Assembly (NCBI GenBank): GCA_015233045.1
Contig: JADFYL010000017.1
Span: forward strand, 1-24,000
From: Nitrospirota bacterium
GTDB lineage: Bacteria; Nitrospirota; Thermodesulfovibrionia; Thermodesulfovibrionales; Magnetobacteriaceae
Reading direction: 5' to 3'
Length of the DNA stretch: 24,000 nt
Shown here: positions 1-7,468 of the stretch, piece after piece
Layout of the letters: every line of letters begins with the position of its first letter
Position numbering within the stretch: the stretch's first letter is position 1
The notes under the pieces: generated by a model
The model's database searches: none
Told to the model about the DNA's origin: nothing
Seen by the model: only the letters and a program-made list of their open reading frames with translations
Translations under genes and position numbers: made by a program

Positions 1-416
1 ATCTGTCGGCTATGGTGATTGACCCTGGCAAGGAGAAATGGCAATACGTGCCGGTGCACTATGAAGAGAGCGAATCCCCTGACAAGCGCTATCCATTTAT
101 TATGGTAACCGGCAATCTGATGCAGCATTCGGGGGCACTTTCGGTGATGTCCAAAAATCTAACAGAGGCGTTTCCGGGCGCCTTTATACAGATAAACGAC
201 AAGGACGCCGCAAGACATGGCATAGCAGACGGTGGCATGGTGCGCGTGGAATCGCGTCGAGGGGCAACTACGGTAAAGGTGGTAGTAACGGACGAGGTTA
301 CAGAGGGGATGATCTTCGCGCCGATAAATTTTGCAACCGCAAGATTAAACGAACTCACATACGGCTACGAAGGGGGAGCCGCCCCATTGACGGCCGTGCG
401 GGTATCACCGGCGTGA
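1..416 (+). CDS. Mo/W-bis-PGD (molybdopterin) oxidoreductase catalytic subunit, C-terminal fragment (5' end outside the window)
   Basis: The frame of the ATG at 12 is open back to nt 3, so the gene enters from the left edge. The translation PFIMVTGNLMQHSG...FIQINDKDAARHGIADGGMVRVESRRGATTVKVVVTDEVTEGMIFAPINF looks like the C-terminal molybdopterin-dinucleotide-binding barrel of formate dehydrogenase / nitrate reductase / polysulfide reductase-class enzymes. The substrate cannot be determined from this fragment. Confidence 0.7.
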   Translation, partial: LSAMVIDPGKEKWQYVPVHYEESESPDKRYPFIMVTGNLMQHSGALSVMSKNLTEAFPGAFIQINDKDAARHGIADGGMVRVESRRGATTVKVVVTDEVTEGMIFAPINFATARLNELTYGYEGGAAPLTAVRVSPA

Positions 417-677
417 TTGACACCAAAATGCGTCCATAGAAGTAATATGATTTATATAACAAAGATGATTATGTTATAAGAATGATTGTTATACTTGGTG
501 CCTGTCAATGAATAAGTGTTACAAATATGTCCGTGGAGATATGGAGTAGTTCAGCCGAACTCGCGTCATCCCTACGGACATTGAGAACTTGAGCGCCGTG
601 GCTGAGGCTGTGCTGGTAATCATTGCGGCGGTGTTGATGGTATTTTAAAGGGGCTTGACACTCTGACGCCAGGGCAT

Positions 678-707
678 TTGACATTCTCCGCCGTGAAATA
701 TTATAGT
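678..707 (+). promoter_or_regulatory. Candidate sigma70-type promoter for the small membrane protein gene
   Basis: TTGACA (678-683), an 18-nt spacer, then TATAGT (702-707), about 37 nt upstream of the ATG at 744. This is a consensus match only. If it is real, the TTG start at 678 given in the ORF track cannot be used. Confidence 0.3.
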
Positions 708-743
708 TTCCCTGTGGGTACGAGTGTCTGGAAAAGGGTCGCA

Positions 744-974
744 ATGGTTGTTTGGTATGGCCTGCTGACGGGGTTTATTGGCGGACTTGTCGCGTTTTTT
801 TTGGTGCTTCCCCTCGGAGTGGTGCTTCATGTGATGGGGATAAAGGTGTTTTTGTCCATTTCAAATGGTGGGATTTTCGCGTTGCGTTATGTGCTTGTCA
901 CCTTGCAGGCGGTTATAGCCGCCGCCGCGATAGGGTACTTCGCCTGGAAGGAGTTTTACAAACAAATTGACTAA
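744..974 (+). CDS. Small hypothetical integral membrane protein (about 76 aa from the ATG at 744; the ORF track extends it to a TTG at 678)
   Basis: Hydrophobic translation (MVVWYGLLTGFIGGLVAFFLVLPLGVVLHV ... LVTLQAVIAAAAIGYFAW) with 2-3 predicted TM segments. A purine-rich stretch GGAAAAGGG lies upstream of the ATG. I recognise no family. Confidence 0.4.
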   Translation: MVVWYGLLTGFIGGLVAFFLVLPLGVVLHVMGIKVFLSISNGGIFALRYVLVTLQAVIAAAAIGYFAWKEFYKQID

Positions 975-1056
975 AATGATATTGTTTGTATATTGTACCT
1001 GTTACAACGTTTGATTGCGTCTGTTAAAATATGTCTCTGATGGAGGGATTGTAGCG

Positions 1057-1578
1057 ATGTATAGAAAGTTTGTTGTATATATTTTTGCGGCGGCGGTTGT
1101 CCTGTTTACGGCCTTAGCGGGCGCTGAACAGCCGGTAAAGCCGCAGCATTCGGGAACAATCCCTACCGACAACGCCATTCGTATCGGCATGGGCAAAAAC
1201 ACAGTAATCGAGTTCGAAGACCCTGACTGTCCTTTCAGCAGGAGGCTTTCCGCTTATATGAGTAAAAGGCAGGATGTTACACGCTACGTGTTTTTAACTC
1301 CGGCATTGCAAATTCACCCGGACGCCATGGATAAGGCCAGATTTATTCTCTGCTCAAAGAACAGTCCACAGGCATTTATAGACGTTATGAACGGCCGGTA
1401 CGACAAAGAAAAACCACCCGTTTGTAAAGACGAGCAAATCGAGAAAACCCTCAAAGAACATAAGGAACTGGGGAGTAAGCTTGGCGCCTCGGCCACGCCC
1501 TATTTAATCATAAACGGTACCTATGTGCTTGGCGCTGATTTTGAGAAGATTGAGGGCGTTATCGGTCCGGCGCGGTAG
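1057..1578 (+). CDS. Secreted DsbC/DsbG-like thioredoxin-fold protein with a CXXS (CPFS) active site
   Basis: GGAGG at 1042-1046 precedes the ATG at 1057. The N-terminus is signal-peptide-like (MYRKFVVYIFAAAVVLFTALAGA). The thioredoxin-fold pattern is EFEDPDCPFSRRL ... ATPYLIINGTYVLG (cis-Pro TP loop), as in DsbC/DsbG/DsbA-family proteins, but the second active-site Cys is replaced by Ser. Confidence 0.6.
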   Translation: MYRKFVVYIFAAAVVLFTALAGAEQPVKPQHSGTIPTDNAIRIGMGKNTVIEFEDPDCPFSRRLSAYMSKRQDVTRYVFLTPALQIHPDAMDKARFILCSKNSPQAFIDVMNGRYDKEKPPVCKDEQIEKTLKEHKELGSKLGASATPYLIINGTYVLGADFEKIEGVIGPAR

Positions 1579-1620
1579 GAGGCTTCTTGTAATAAAGCCG
1601 CGGGAAGCCGGCTCGGTCAT

Positions 1621-1685
1621 CAACCCCTTCTGAAGTGGCTGATAATCATCAACCCCTTCTGAAGTGGCTGATAATCATCAACCCT
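1621..1685. repeat. Perfect 29-bp tandem duplication (2 full units plus 7 bp of a third) spanning the lspA stop codon
   Basis: CAACCCCTTCTGAAGTGGCTGATAATCAT occurs at 1621-1649 and again at 1650-1678, followed by CAACCCT at 1679-1685. Read directly from the sequence. Confidence 0.9.
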
Positions 1686-2143
1686 ATGCCGCATGTCAGG
1701 GCCATGTCTGCCACGTTAAACGCCGGCCAATGGTATTTACCGTAATAGAAATCAAGGAAATCCACCACCGAGCCGGTCACTATCCTGCCGGTCATATTGC
1801 CCGCAGCCCCACCCAATATAAGTGACAGCGCGAACATGTCCTTAGTGCCGAATATCAGAAGGCAGGCTATTATTATCAGCACCGCCGCGGACAATATGAT
1901 AAACGGCTTGTTTCCCCAACTTTGAAACAGCCCGAAGGCCGAACCCTTGTTTCGCCAGTTCACGATGTTGAGATACGTCGTGACGGGGATAGAACCATAG
2001 AGGTGGAGTTTCTGTTCTATAAGATATTTCGTAATCTGGTCGGCCACAAAGACAAAAAATGAGATGAGAAAATATAGCCTTGCCGACGAGTTGACGCTCA
2101 CGTCCGCTCCAGTTTTTTCAACACATGGTAACATCTCTCGCAA
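1649..2143 (-). CDS. lspA: Lipoprotein signal peptidase (signal peptidase II)
   Basis: The translation has LspA hallmarks: ADQITKYL, NIVNWRNKGSAFGLF, VVDFLDFYYGKYHWPAFNVADMALTCG. It lies immediately downstream of ileS, as in the classical ileS-lspA operon. An alternative start is the GTG at 2101, which forms a GTGA overlap with the ileS stop and would give 150 aa. Confidence 0.85.
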   Translation of the reverse strand: MREMLPCVEKTGADVSVNSSARLYFLISFFVFVADQITKYLIEQKLHLYGSIPVTTYLNIVNWRNKGSAFGLFQSWGNKPFIILSAAVLIIIACLLIFGTKDMFALSLILGGAAGNMTGRIVTGSVVDFLDFYYGKYHWPAFNVADMALTCGIGLMIISHFRRG

Positions 2144-4917
2144 ACTTCCGGTTCGTCAGTAAAACTTCCAACGGTGGCGCTGAAATTCCAGCAACGCCCG
2201 CACTTTTCGCCCTCTGCCCTGCTGACAACAATAAACAACTCCGGCAGTGTATCCTCCGAGTGGGACTGTTCCCTGAGTTCGCCGGTCAGGGCGCTCAAGG
2301 GCTGGAGCGTGGCCTGTGATACGATTAACAGCGTGGGCAGTTCTGGCTCGTAACCCTGTAAAACATCGTACTGCGCTTCACCGGCGAAGAGTTCAACTTT
2401 GGCCTCAAGTGCGTTGCCAATAAATTTCTCCTGCCTCTTTAATTCAAGCGCCTTGTTCACCACTGCCCTGATTTTCATAAATGTGCGTATGCGGTTGTCC
2501 AACTCGTCGTCAACAAATTGGGCATCGGCGGCGGGAAATGCGCTTAGAAAAACGCTCTCTTCGTTCACCACCTTATTAAGTTTCAGGGATTGCCAGACCT
2601 CCTCTGCGGTAAAAGAAAGAATCGGCGACATCAGTCCCGTAATGGCTAAAAGTATTTGTTTCATTGTCCACTGCGCGGCCCTTCTTTCTGCCGATTGCCC
2701 CGCAGCGGTATAAACCCTGTCTTTTATAATATCCAAATAGAATGAACTCATATCTACTATGCAAAAGTTGTAAAGGATGTGAAAGACCTCGTGAAAATCA
2801 AAACGCTGGTATGACAGCGTGACGTTATTAATCATGCGGTGTAGGCTGCTCATCGCCCATCGGTCAAGCTCCGTAAGCGAATCTCCGGGGTCATAGCCGT
2901 GCTCAAGGCCGCTGATATTTCCAAGCAGGAAGCGGCATGTGTTGCGAATCTTTCTGTATGCCTCGGTGAGGCGCTGGAGGATTTCCTTTGATATCCTGAT
3001 GTCGAATTTGTAGTCCTCAGAGGCCGCCCAGAGCCTTAGAATCTCAGCTCCGCTCTGTTTTATAATGTCTTCTGGGGCAATGACATTACCCAGAGATTTA
3101 GACATCTTCTTACCCTTGCCATCAACGACAAAGCCGTGGGTTAGGACAGTCCTAAACGGCGCCGCGCCACGTGTGGCCATTGATGTAAGCAGTGAGCTTT
3201 GAAACCAGCCCCTGTGCTGGTCGCTGCCTTCGAGGTACATATCCGCCGGCCATGTGAGATTTGGCCGTCGCTCAAGCACCGCGGCCTGACTTACGCCTGA
3301 ATCGAACCACACGTCCAGAATGTCAGTCTCTTTAATAAATGTGCCGCCGCCGCATTTTTTACATTTATAACCATCAGGGAGAAGCTCCCCCGGCTCAAGT
3401 GTAAACCACACATCAGACCCATCTTCTCTGAACCGCGCCACGGTCTTATTGAACACGCCATCGTCTATTACCGCCTCGCCACAGTCCTTACACAGCAGAA
3501 GGGCAATCGGCACACCCCATGAGCGCTGCCTTGATATGCACCAATCTGGCCGGTTTTTCACCATGCCATAAATCCTGTCTTTCCCCCATGAGGGCACCCA
3601 CTGGACTTTTTCGATCTCCTCAACAGCGCGTTTTTTTAGATCGCCGTGTTCCATTGAGATAAACCACTGCTCAGTGGCGCGAAATATGACGGGCTTCTTA
3701 CAGCGCCAGCAGTGCGGATAGGAATGGGTTATGGACTGCTCCGCAATAAGGGCGCCGTTACTCTTCAATGTTTCAATGATTTCCTTGTTTGCGTCAAAGA
3801 CGAATTTCCCTGCGAGATTATCTCCCGCCGCGGCGGTAAATTTGCCCCTGTCATCAACGGGGACATATATATCAAGGCCATATTTTATTCCTGTGCGGTA
3901 GTCATCTTCGCCGTGTCCGGGGGCGATATGCACAACACCCGTACCGTCTTCTACGGTGACGAAATCCCCTGATACCACCCGCGACCGCCTGTCAATAAAC
4001 GGGTGATGGGCATGAAGTCCCGCAAGCGTATTGCCTTTTACTTGTTTAACTATTGTACCGCCAAGTCCTATGTCCACAAGTTTATCAAGAAGCGGTGCGG
4101 CAACTATGTATGATACCCCTTCACCATCAACAACGGCATAGTCAACATCGGGATGGACGGCAAGCGCAAGATTCGCGGGCAGCGTCCACGGGGTCGTCGT
4201 CCATATAATAATAAAAACGTCCTTACCCTGCTTCTCTCCGAACAACCTAATGACACTATCAGCATCCAGTTTGAATTTAACATATACCGAGGGTGAAGTC
4301 TTATCCGCATACTCCACTTCGGCCTCGGCAAGGGCGGTGACACATGTCGGACACCAGTGGACGGGCTTCTTTCCCCTGTAAACATAACCGGCTTGTGCAA
4401 TCTTATAAAACTCCGCCACGATGTCGGCCTCGTAGTCGAAGTCCATCGTGATATATGGGTTAGACCAGTTGCCGAATACGCCAAGGCGAATGAACTCATC
4501 TCTCTGGATGTCTATGAAGCGTTGCGCATAGGAGCGGCAGTGGGCGCGTTTTTCGATTATTGAGACGGTGAGTTTTTTGGCCCCCAGCTCTTTATCTGCC
4601 TGATGTTCAATGGGAAGGCCGTGGCAGTCCCAGCCCGGTACGTACGGTGAGTAACGCCCGCTCATGGCATGGAATTTAACGATTATGTCCTTGAGTATCT
4701 TGTTGAGGGCGTGCCCGATGTGGATGTGCCCGTTTGCATAGGGTGGGCCGTCGTGAAGGCAATATGGACTGTTGTCCTTGTTTTTCTCTTCCATCTTCGC
4801 GCGTATATCCGCCTCCCGCCAGAAGGCCAGGAAATCCAGCTCCCTTAGGGCAAGGTTCGCCTTCATAGGGAAGTTCGTATCGGGAAGATTTAAAGTATCT
4901 TTAAAATCCTTTGCCAT
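2098..4917 (-). CDS. ileS: Isoleucine--tRNA ligase (class I, C-terminal zinc-finger type)
   Basis: 939 aa counted from MAKDFKDTLNLPDTNFPMKANL, the typical IleRS N-terminus. It has HIGH (PYANGHIHIGHAL) and KMSKS (GKKMSKSLGN) motifs, the CP1 editing region, and C-terminal CGRCWN...CERC. The 47 extra upstream codons in the ORF track (to 5058) look like non-coding read-through. Confidence 0.95.
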   Translation of the reverse strand: MAKDFKDTLNLPDTNFPMKANLALRELDFLAFWREADIRAKMEEKNKDNSPYCLHDGPPYANGHIHIGHALNKILKDIIVKFHAMSGRYSPYVPGWDCHGLPIEHQADKELGAKKLTVSIIEKRAHCRSYAQRFIDIQRDEFIRLGVFGNWSNPYITMDFDYEADIVAEFYKIAQAGYVYRGKKPVHWCPTCVTALAEAEVEYADKTSPSVYVKFKLDADSVIRLFGEKQGKDVFIIIWTTTPWTLPANLALAVHPDVDYAVVDGEGVSYIVAAPLLDKLVDIGLGGTIVKQVKGNTLAGLHAHHPFIDRRSRVVSGDFVTVEDGTGVVHIAPGHGEDDYRTGIKYGLDIYVPVDDRGKFTAAAGDNLAGKFVFDANKEIIETLKSNGALIAEQSITHSYPHCWRCKKPVIFRATEQWFISMEHGDLKKRAVEEIEKVQWVPSWGKDRIYGMVKNRPDWCISRQRSWGVPIALLLCKDCGEAVIDDGVFNKTVARFREDGSDVWFTLEPGELLPDGYKCKKCGGGTFIKETDILDVWFDSGVSQAAVLERRPNLTWPADMYLEGSDQHRGWFQSSLLTSMATRGAAPFRTVLTHGFVVDGKGKKMSKSLGNVIAPEDIIKQSGAEILRLWAASEDYKFDIRISKEILQRLTEAYRKIRNTCRFLLGNISGLEHGYDPGDSLTELDRWAMSSLHRMINNVTLSYQRFDFHEVFHILYNFCIVDMSSFYLDIIKDRVYTAAGQSAERRAAQWTMKQILLAITGLMSPILSFTAEEVWQSLKLNKVVNEESVFLSAFPAADAQFVDDELDNRIRTFMKIRAVVNKALELKRQEKFIGNALEAKVELFAGEAQYDVLQGYEPELPTLLIVSQATLQPLSALTGELREQSHSEDTLPELFIVVSRAEGEKCGRCWNFSATVGSFTDEPEVCERCYHVLKKLERT

Positions 4918-5053
4918 AGCATAGAAAACTAACACTCTCAGGCAGTAAAAGTCAAGATACAGCATTATTTTTAAACGGTAATTTTGTTCTAACGAATAAA
5001 CCAAGTTTTCATGGGAAGTTGCAATGATTTGCAGACTGTTCTTTTTTTCGTCT

Positions 5054-5153
5054 GTCATTCCGGCTTGTCCGGAATCTATCCTTATATCTCAGAATATGCA
5101 AAATCATCTTGGAACAGCCACTTAAGGGAAGATTCCAGACAAGCCGGAATGAC
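5054..5153. repeat. REP/MITE-like palindromic element: 23-bp inverted repeats (1 mismatch) around a 54-bp core
   Basis: GTCATTCCGGCTTGTCCGGAATC (5054-5076) matches the reverse complement of GATTCCAGACAAGCCGGAATGAC (5131-5153). The left arm is a perfect small hairpin (ATTCCGG-CTTGT-CCGGAAT); the right arm has the corresponding hairpin with one stem mismatch. The element sits in the GT-to-ileS intergenic region. Confidence 0.7.
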
Positions 5154-5238
5154 AAAAAAGGACAAAGATGACAACAAACTAAGCAACTACCGCTTGCTTA
5201 TGATGGAGAACAAATTTACCGTGGGTATCCCCTGCCCA

Positions 5239-6375
5239 TCAGCCGTGGTGTTTTATCAGTGCCGCCTCAAAGGCTGTGACCATTTTGCCGCAAAAATTAT
5301 CCCACGTCAGGTTGTCTTTTACAAACTGCCTTCCACGCGTTGCGATTTGTTTATGTCTTTGCCGGTTTAGGTACACATCCATGAGCGCTCCCGCATAGTC
5401 TTCGGTTACTGTGCCGATGCCCTCGGATTTTATCACAGGGGCCGCGGTCATTTCAGGCGATACGATAACAGGGGTTTCAGCCGTGAGCGCCTCAAACGGT
5501 GACAGCCAGCCGCCCTGGGATTTTACCGGATGAAGGAGCACGTCGGCGGAGTAGTACAGTTCCCTGAGTTGTTCCCTGTTTACATGCCCTGGCAGTTGTA
5601 CTATGTCGTTAAGGGCGTTGTCGTTAATATATTTTTTTACGCTTTCAAAATATGCCCCGCCCTGAAATCCCGCCAATACCAATGATACGCCGGGGATTTT
5701 ATCCCTCAATAATTTGACTGCCTTCACTGATTCAAGCTGATTCTTATATGGGTTAAACATGCCGGACTGAAGGACAATAAACCGGCCTTGATTTTCTGGT
5801 ATCGTCTCAGGTGGGTTGGAGAAAAACCCGTAGTTTATCCCGTACGGGATTATCTGAGGGGTAAGCCCATACAGCGACTCAAAGCGCACGGCATTGAACT
5901 CGTCCGCCACTACGACGTTTCTTACAAACCGTCTGACGATAAACTTATCAAAGCCATAAAACATGGCCTTCATCAATCTCTTAGGCGCGGATTCCCCCGC
6001 CGTGCCGCCACCTAAGAACACCTCCGGCGGTTCGTTGCAAAGCCATACGGCGGGCTTGGAAATGGTGAACGCTGCAAGTTCGGCAGGGCAGTTGTGCAGG
6101 TTTATCACATCAAAACTCTCTGCGTGGCGGCGTACTCCCTTGCTTAAGAGCCACATATTTTTCAGCAAATCCCGCCAGTCGTCTGATGCCTCAAACGGCA
6201 GGGTTATGATTTCTGTGTGTTGATGTAATAAATCCCTTTCTATTTCGGGAAGGACTCCAGTGGTAAGCAGGGCGTGTTCAATATTATTCCTTGACAGATA
6301 GTTTAAAAGCTCAACGATGACTAGTTCCGCACCGCCGTAGATATACATCCGGGGGGCCACAACAAGCACACGCAT
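5239..6375 (-). CDS. GT-B fold glycosyltransferase (Glycos_transf_1 / GT4-like)
   Basis: 378 aa counted from MRVLVVAPRMYIYGGAELVIVELLNYL, a typical GT4 N-terminus. The C-terminal domain has ADVLLHPVKSQGGWLSPFEALTAETPVIVS (E-x7-E-type motif). The start at 6375 lies 4 nt after the upstream gene's stop. The ORF-track extension to 6567 overlaps that upstream gene and is rejected. Confidence 0.8.
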   Translation of the reverse strand: MRVLVVAPRMYIYGGAELVIVELLNYLSRNNIEHALLTTGVLPEIERDLLHQHTEIITLPFEASDDWRDLLKNMWLLSKGVRRHAESFDVINLHNCPAELAAFTISKPAVWLCNEPPEVFLGGGTAGESAPKRLMKAMFYGFDKFIVRRFVRNVVVADEFNAVRFESLYGLTPQIIPYGINYGFFSNPPETIPENQGRFIVLQSGMFNPYKNQLESVKAVKLLRDKIPGVSLVLAGFQGGAYFESVKKYINDNALNDIVQLPGHVNREQLRELYYSADVLLHPVKSQGGWLSPFEALTAETPVIVSPEMTAAPVIKSEGIGTVTEDYAGALMDVYLNRQRHKQIATRGRQFVKDNLTWDNFCGKMVTAFEAALIKHHG

Positions 6376-6379
6376 CGTA

Positions 6380-7468
6380 TCAGGCGTCTCCACGGGATTT
6401 GTAAATACAGCAGTTGCCGCAGGGCGGCGGACATTGCCCCGACTTGAGCATCGTTTTAAGATTCTTATAACGCTGTCCCCTCCAGATTTCTCTAAAGTTC
6501 TGGTTAAAAATGTTCCCAAGGGAGGTCTCGCGCTGGAAATCCCGCCGGTTTGCCTCATTTCCGGCACAGCAGGGGATTACGTCCCCTGTTGCGAAGATAA
6601 ACGGCATCGTCCACTCAATACAGTTTTTCATAGGTGGCTTGTCAGTTGGCACGTCGAGATTCCATGTTATCTTTATCCCGTGTTTTTTACCCGCCTCAAT
6701 CGCACCGGCTATGGTCTCCTCGGGGACTGTTATATAAAGGCCGTCAGTTTCCCTGTATCTGTGAAGCATTTGAGAAAAGAATATGGTAACGTCCTCACCA
6801 TGGGCAAGCTCAGATACAAGCTCGACGTATCTGGCAACCTCGCCGCAGTTGAGTTTGTTGATTATATAGTGGAAGTTCATCTCAGGGAAAAATGCCCCCA
6901 TCTCTTTTTTAATCCTGAAAAATTGCCTTACGTTTTCTGTGACCCTGTTCCAATCTGAACCAACACGCAGCGCCTCATACGTATCCTTCGTTGCCGCGTC
7001 CAGTGAGACGAAAAAGTTTTCGATGTTTATCTCAATAAGCCTTCTGGCGGCTTTGCCGTCAATAAAATAAAACGTGTCAAACAACTCCACGATTGCGCGT
7101 TTTTTCTTGACATACTCAAGCATGTTAAAGAAATCCCTGTGCATGAAACTCTCCCCGATGCCCGTCAGGCCTATCCACTTAAGGCGTGGAAACTGGTCAA
7201 TAATGTGTCTGAAATTATCGAAAGACATGTCAATGGCAGGCTCTGACCAGTACGTGTGCTCACACTGAACGCACCTCAGGTTGCACCGTGTTGTCACCTC
7301 AACCTCCAGATACTGCGGATGGCCGTCCAAAAGATATAACAGCTTTATGATAAGCGGATGGCGCGCAAACCAAAATATGTGGTAATGCAGGTAGTTATAG
7401 GCATAGCGAATACCCTTGTATCTAAGAGTGGCCATCACGCGCCTCAATCCTGACAGGTATTTTGTCAT
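6380..7468 (-). CDS. Radical SAM enzyme with a Cys-rich SPASM/twitch-like C-terminal domain
   Basis: CX3CX2C triad in EVEVTTRCNLRCVQCEH (C62/C66/C69, nt 7262-7285). The C-terminal auxiliary-cluster-like cysteines are GDVIPCCAGNE ... GQCPPPCGNCCIYK. The start overlaps the gmd stop (ATGA at 7465-7468). Confidence 0.85.
   Translation of the reverse strand: MTKYLSGLRRVMATLRYKGIRYAYNYLHYHIFWFARHPLIIKLLYLLDGHPQYLEVEVTTRCNLRCVQCEHTYWSEPAIDMSFDNFRHIIDQFPRLKWIGLTGIGESFMHRDFFNMLEYVKKKRAIVELFDTFYFIDGKAARRLIEINIENFFVSLDAATKDTYEALRVGSDWNRVTENVRQFFRIKKEMGAFFPEMNFHYIINKLNCGEVARYVELVSELAHGEDVTIFFSQMLHRYRETDGLYITVPEETIAGAIEAGKKHGIKITWNLDVPTDKPPMKNCIEWTMPFIFATGDVIPCCAGNEANRRDFQRETSLGNIFNQNFREIWRGQRYKNLKTMLKSGQCPPPCGNCCIYKSRGDA

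Noticed and set aside
541-600. tRNA-like fragment (GGAGTAGTTCAGCC resembles an acceptor/D-arm)
   Set aside because: I could find no T-loop (GTTCGAATC-type) and no complementary acceptor 3' strand or anticodon stem, so no cloverleaf can be drawn.
589-648. 19-codon hydrophobic micro-ORF (TTG-SAVAEAVLVIIAAVLMVF-stop) downstream of the oxidoreductase gene
   Set aside because: It has a non-ATG start and no convincing SD, and it is short enough to arise by chance in GC-rich sequence. It is worth a look only if conserved in relatives.
505-830. Two - strand ORFs (505..744 and 645..830) in the first intergenic region
   Set aside because: They have no SD and basic, low-complexity translations, and they overlap the better-supported + strand membrane protein gene.
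1621-1685. Possible CRISPR array or minisatellite
   Set aside because: There are only two directly abutting identical units with no spacers, located at a gene's 3' end. This is a simple tandem duplication, not a CRISPR array.
4918-5058. 47-codon N-terminal extension of the ileS ORF in the track
   Set aside because: The IleRS homology starts exactly at MAKDFKDTLNLPDT (ATG 4917). The upstream residues are low-complexity/AT-rich and extend almost to the left arm of the repeat element (5054).
5011-5370. 119-aa + strand ORF in the GT-ileS intergenic region
   Set aside because: It is created by reading through the palindromic repeat element (the arms translate as …HSGLSGI… and …DSRQAGMT…) and then runs antisense into the 3' end of the glycosyltransferase gene. 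It has no SD and no recognisable domain, so it is most likely spurious.
6376-6567. 64-codon N-terminal extension of the glycosyltransferase ORF
   Set aside because: It overlaps the 3' end of the radical SAM gene in another frame. The typical GT4 N-terminus MRVLVV… begins at 6375, 4 nt after the upstream stop.
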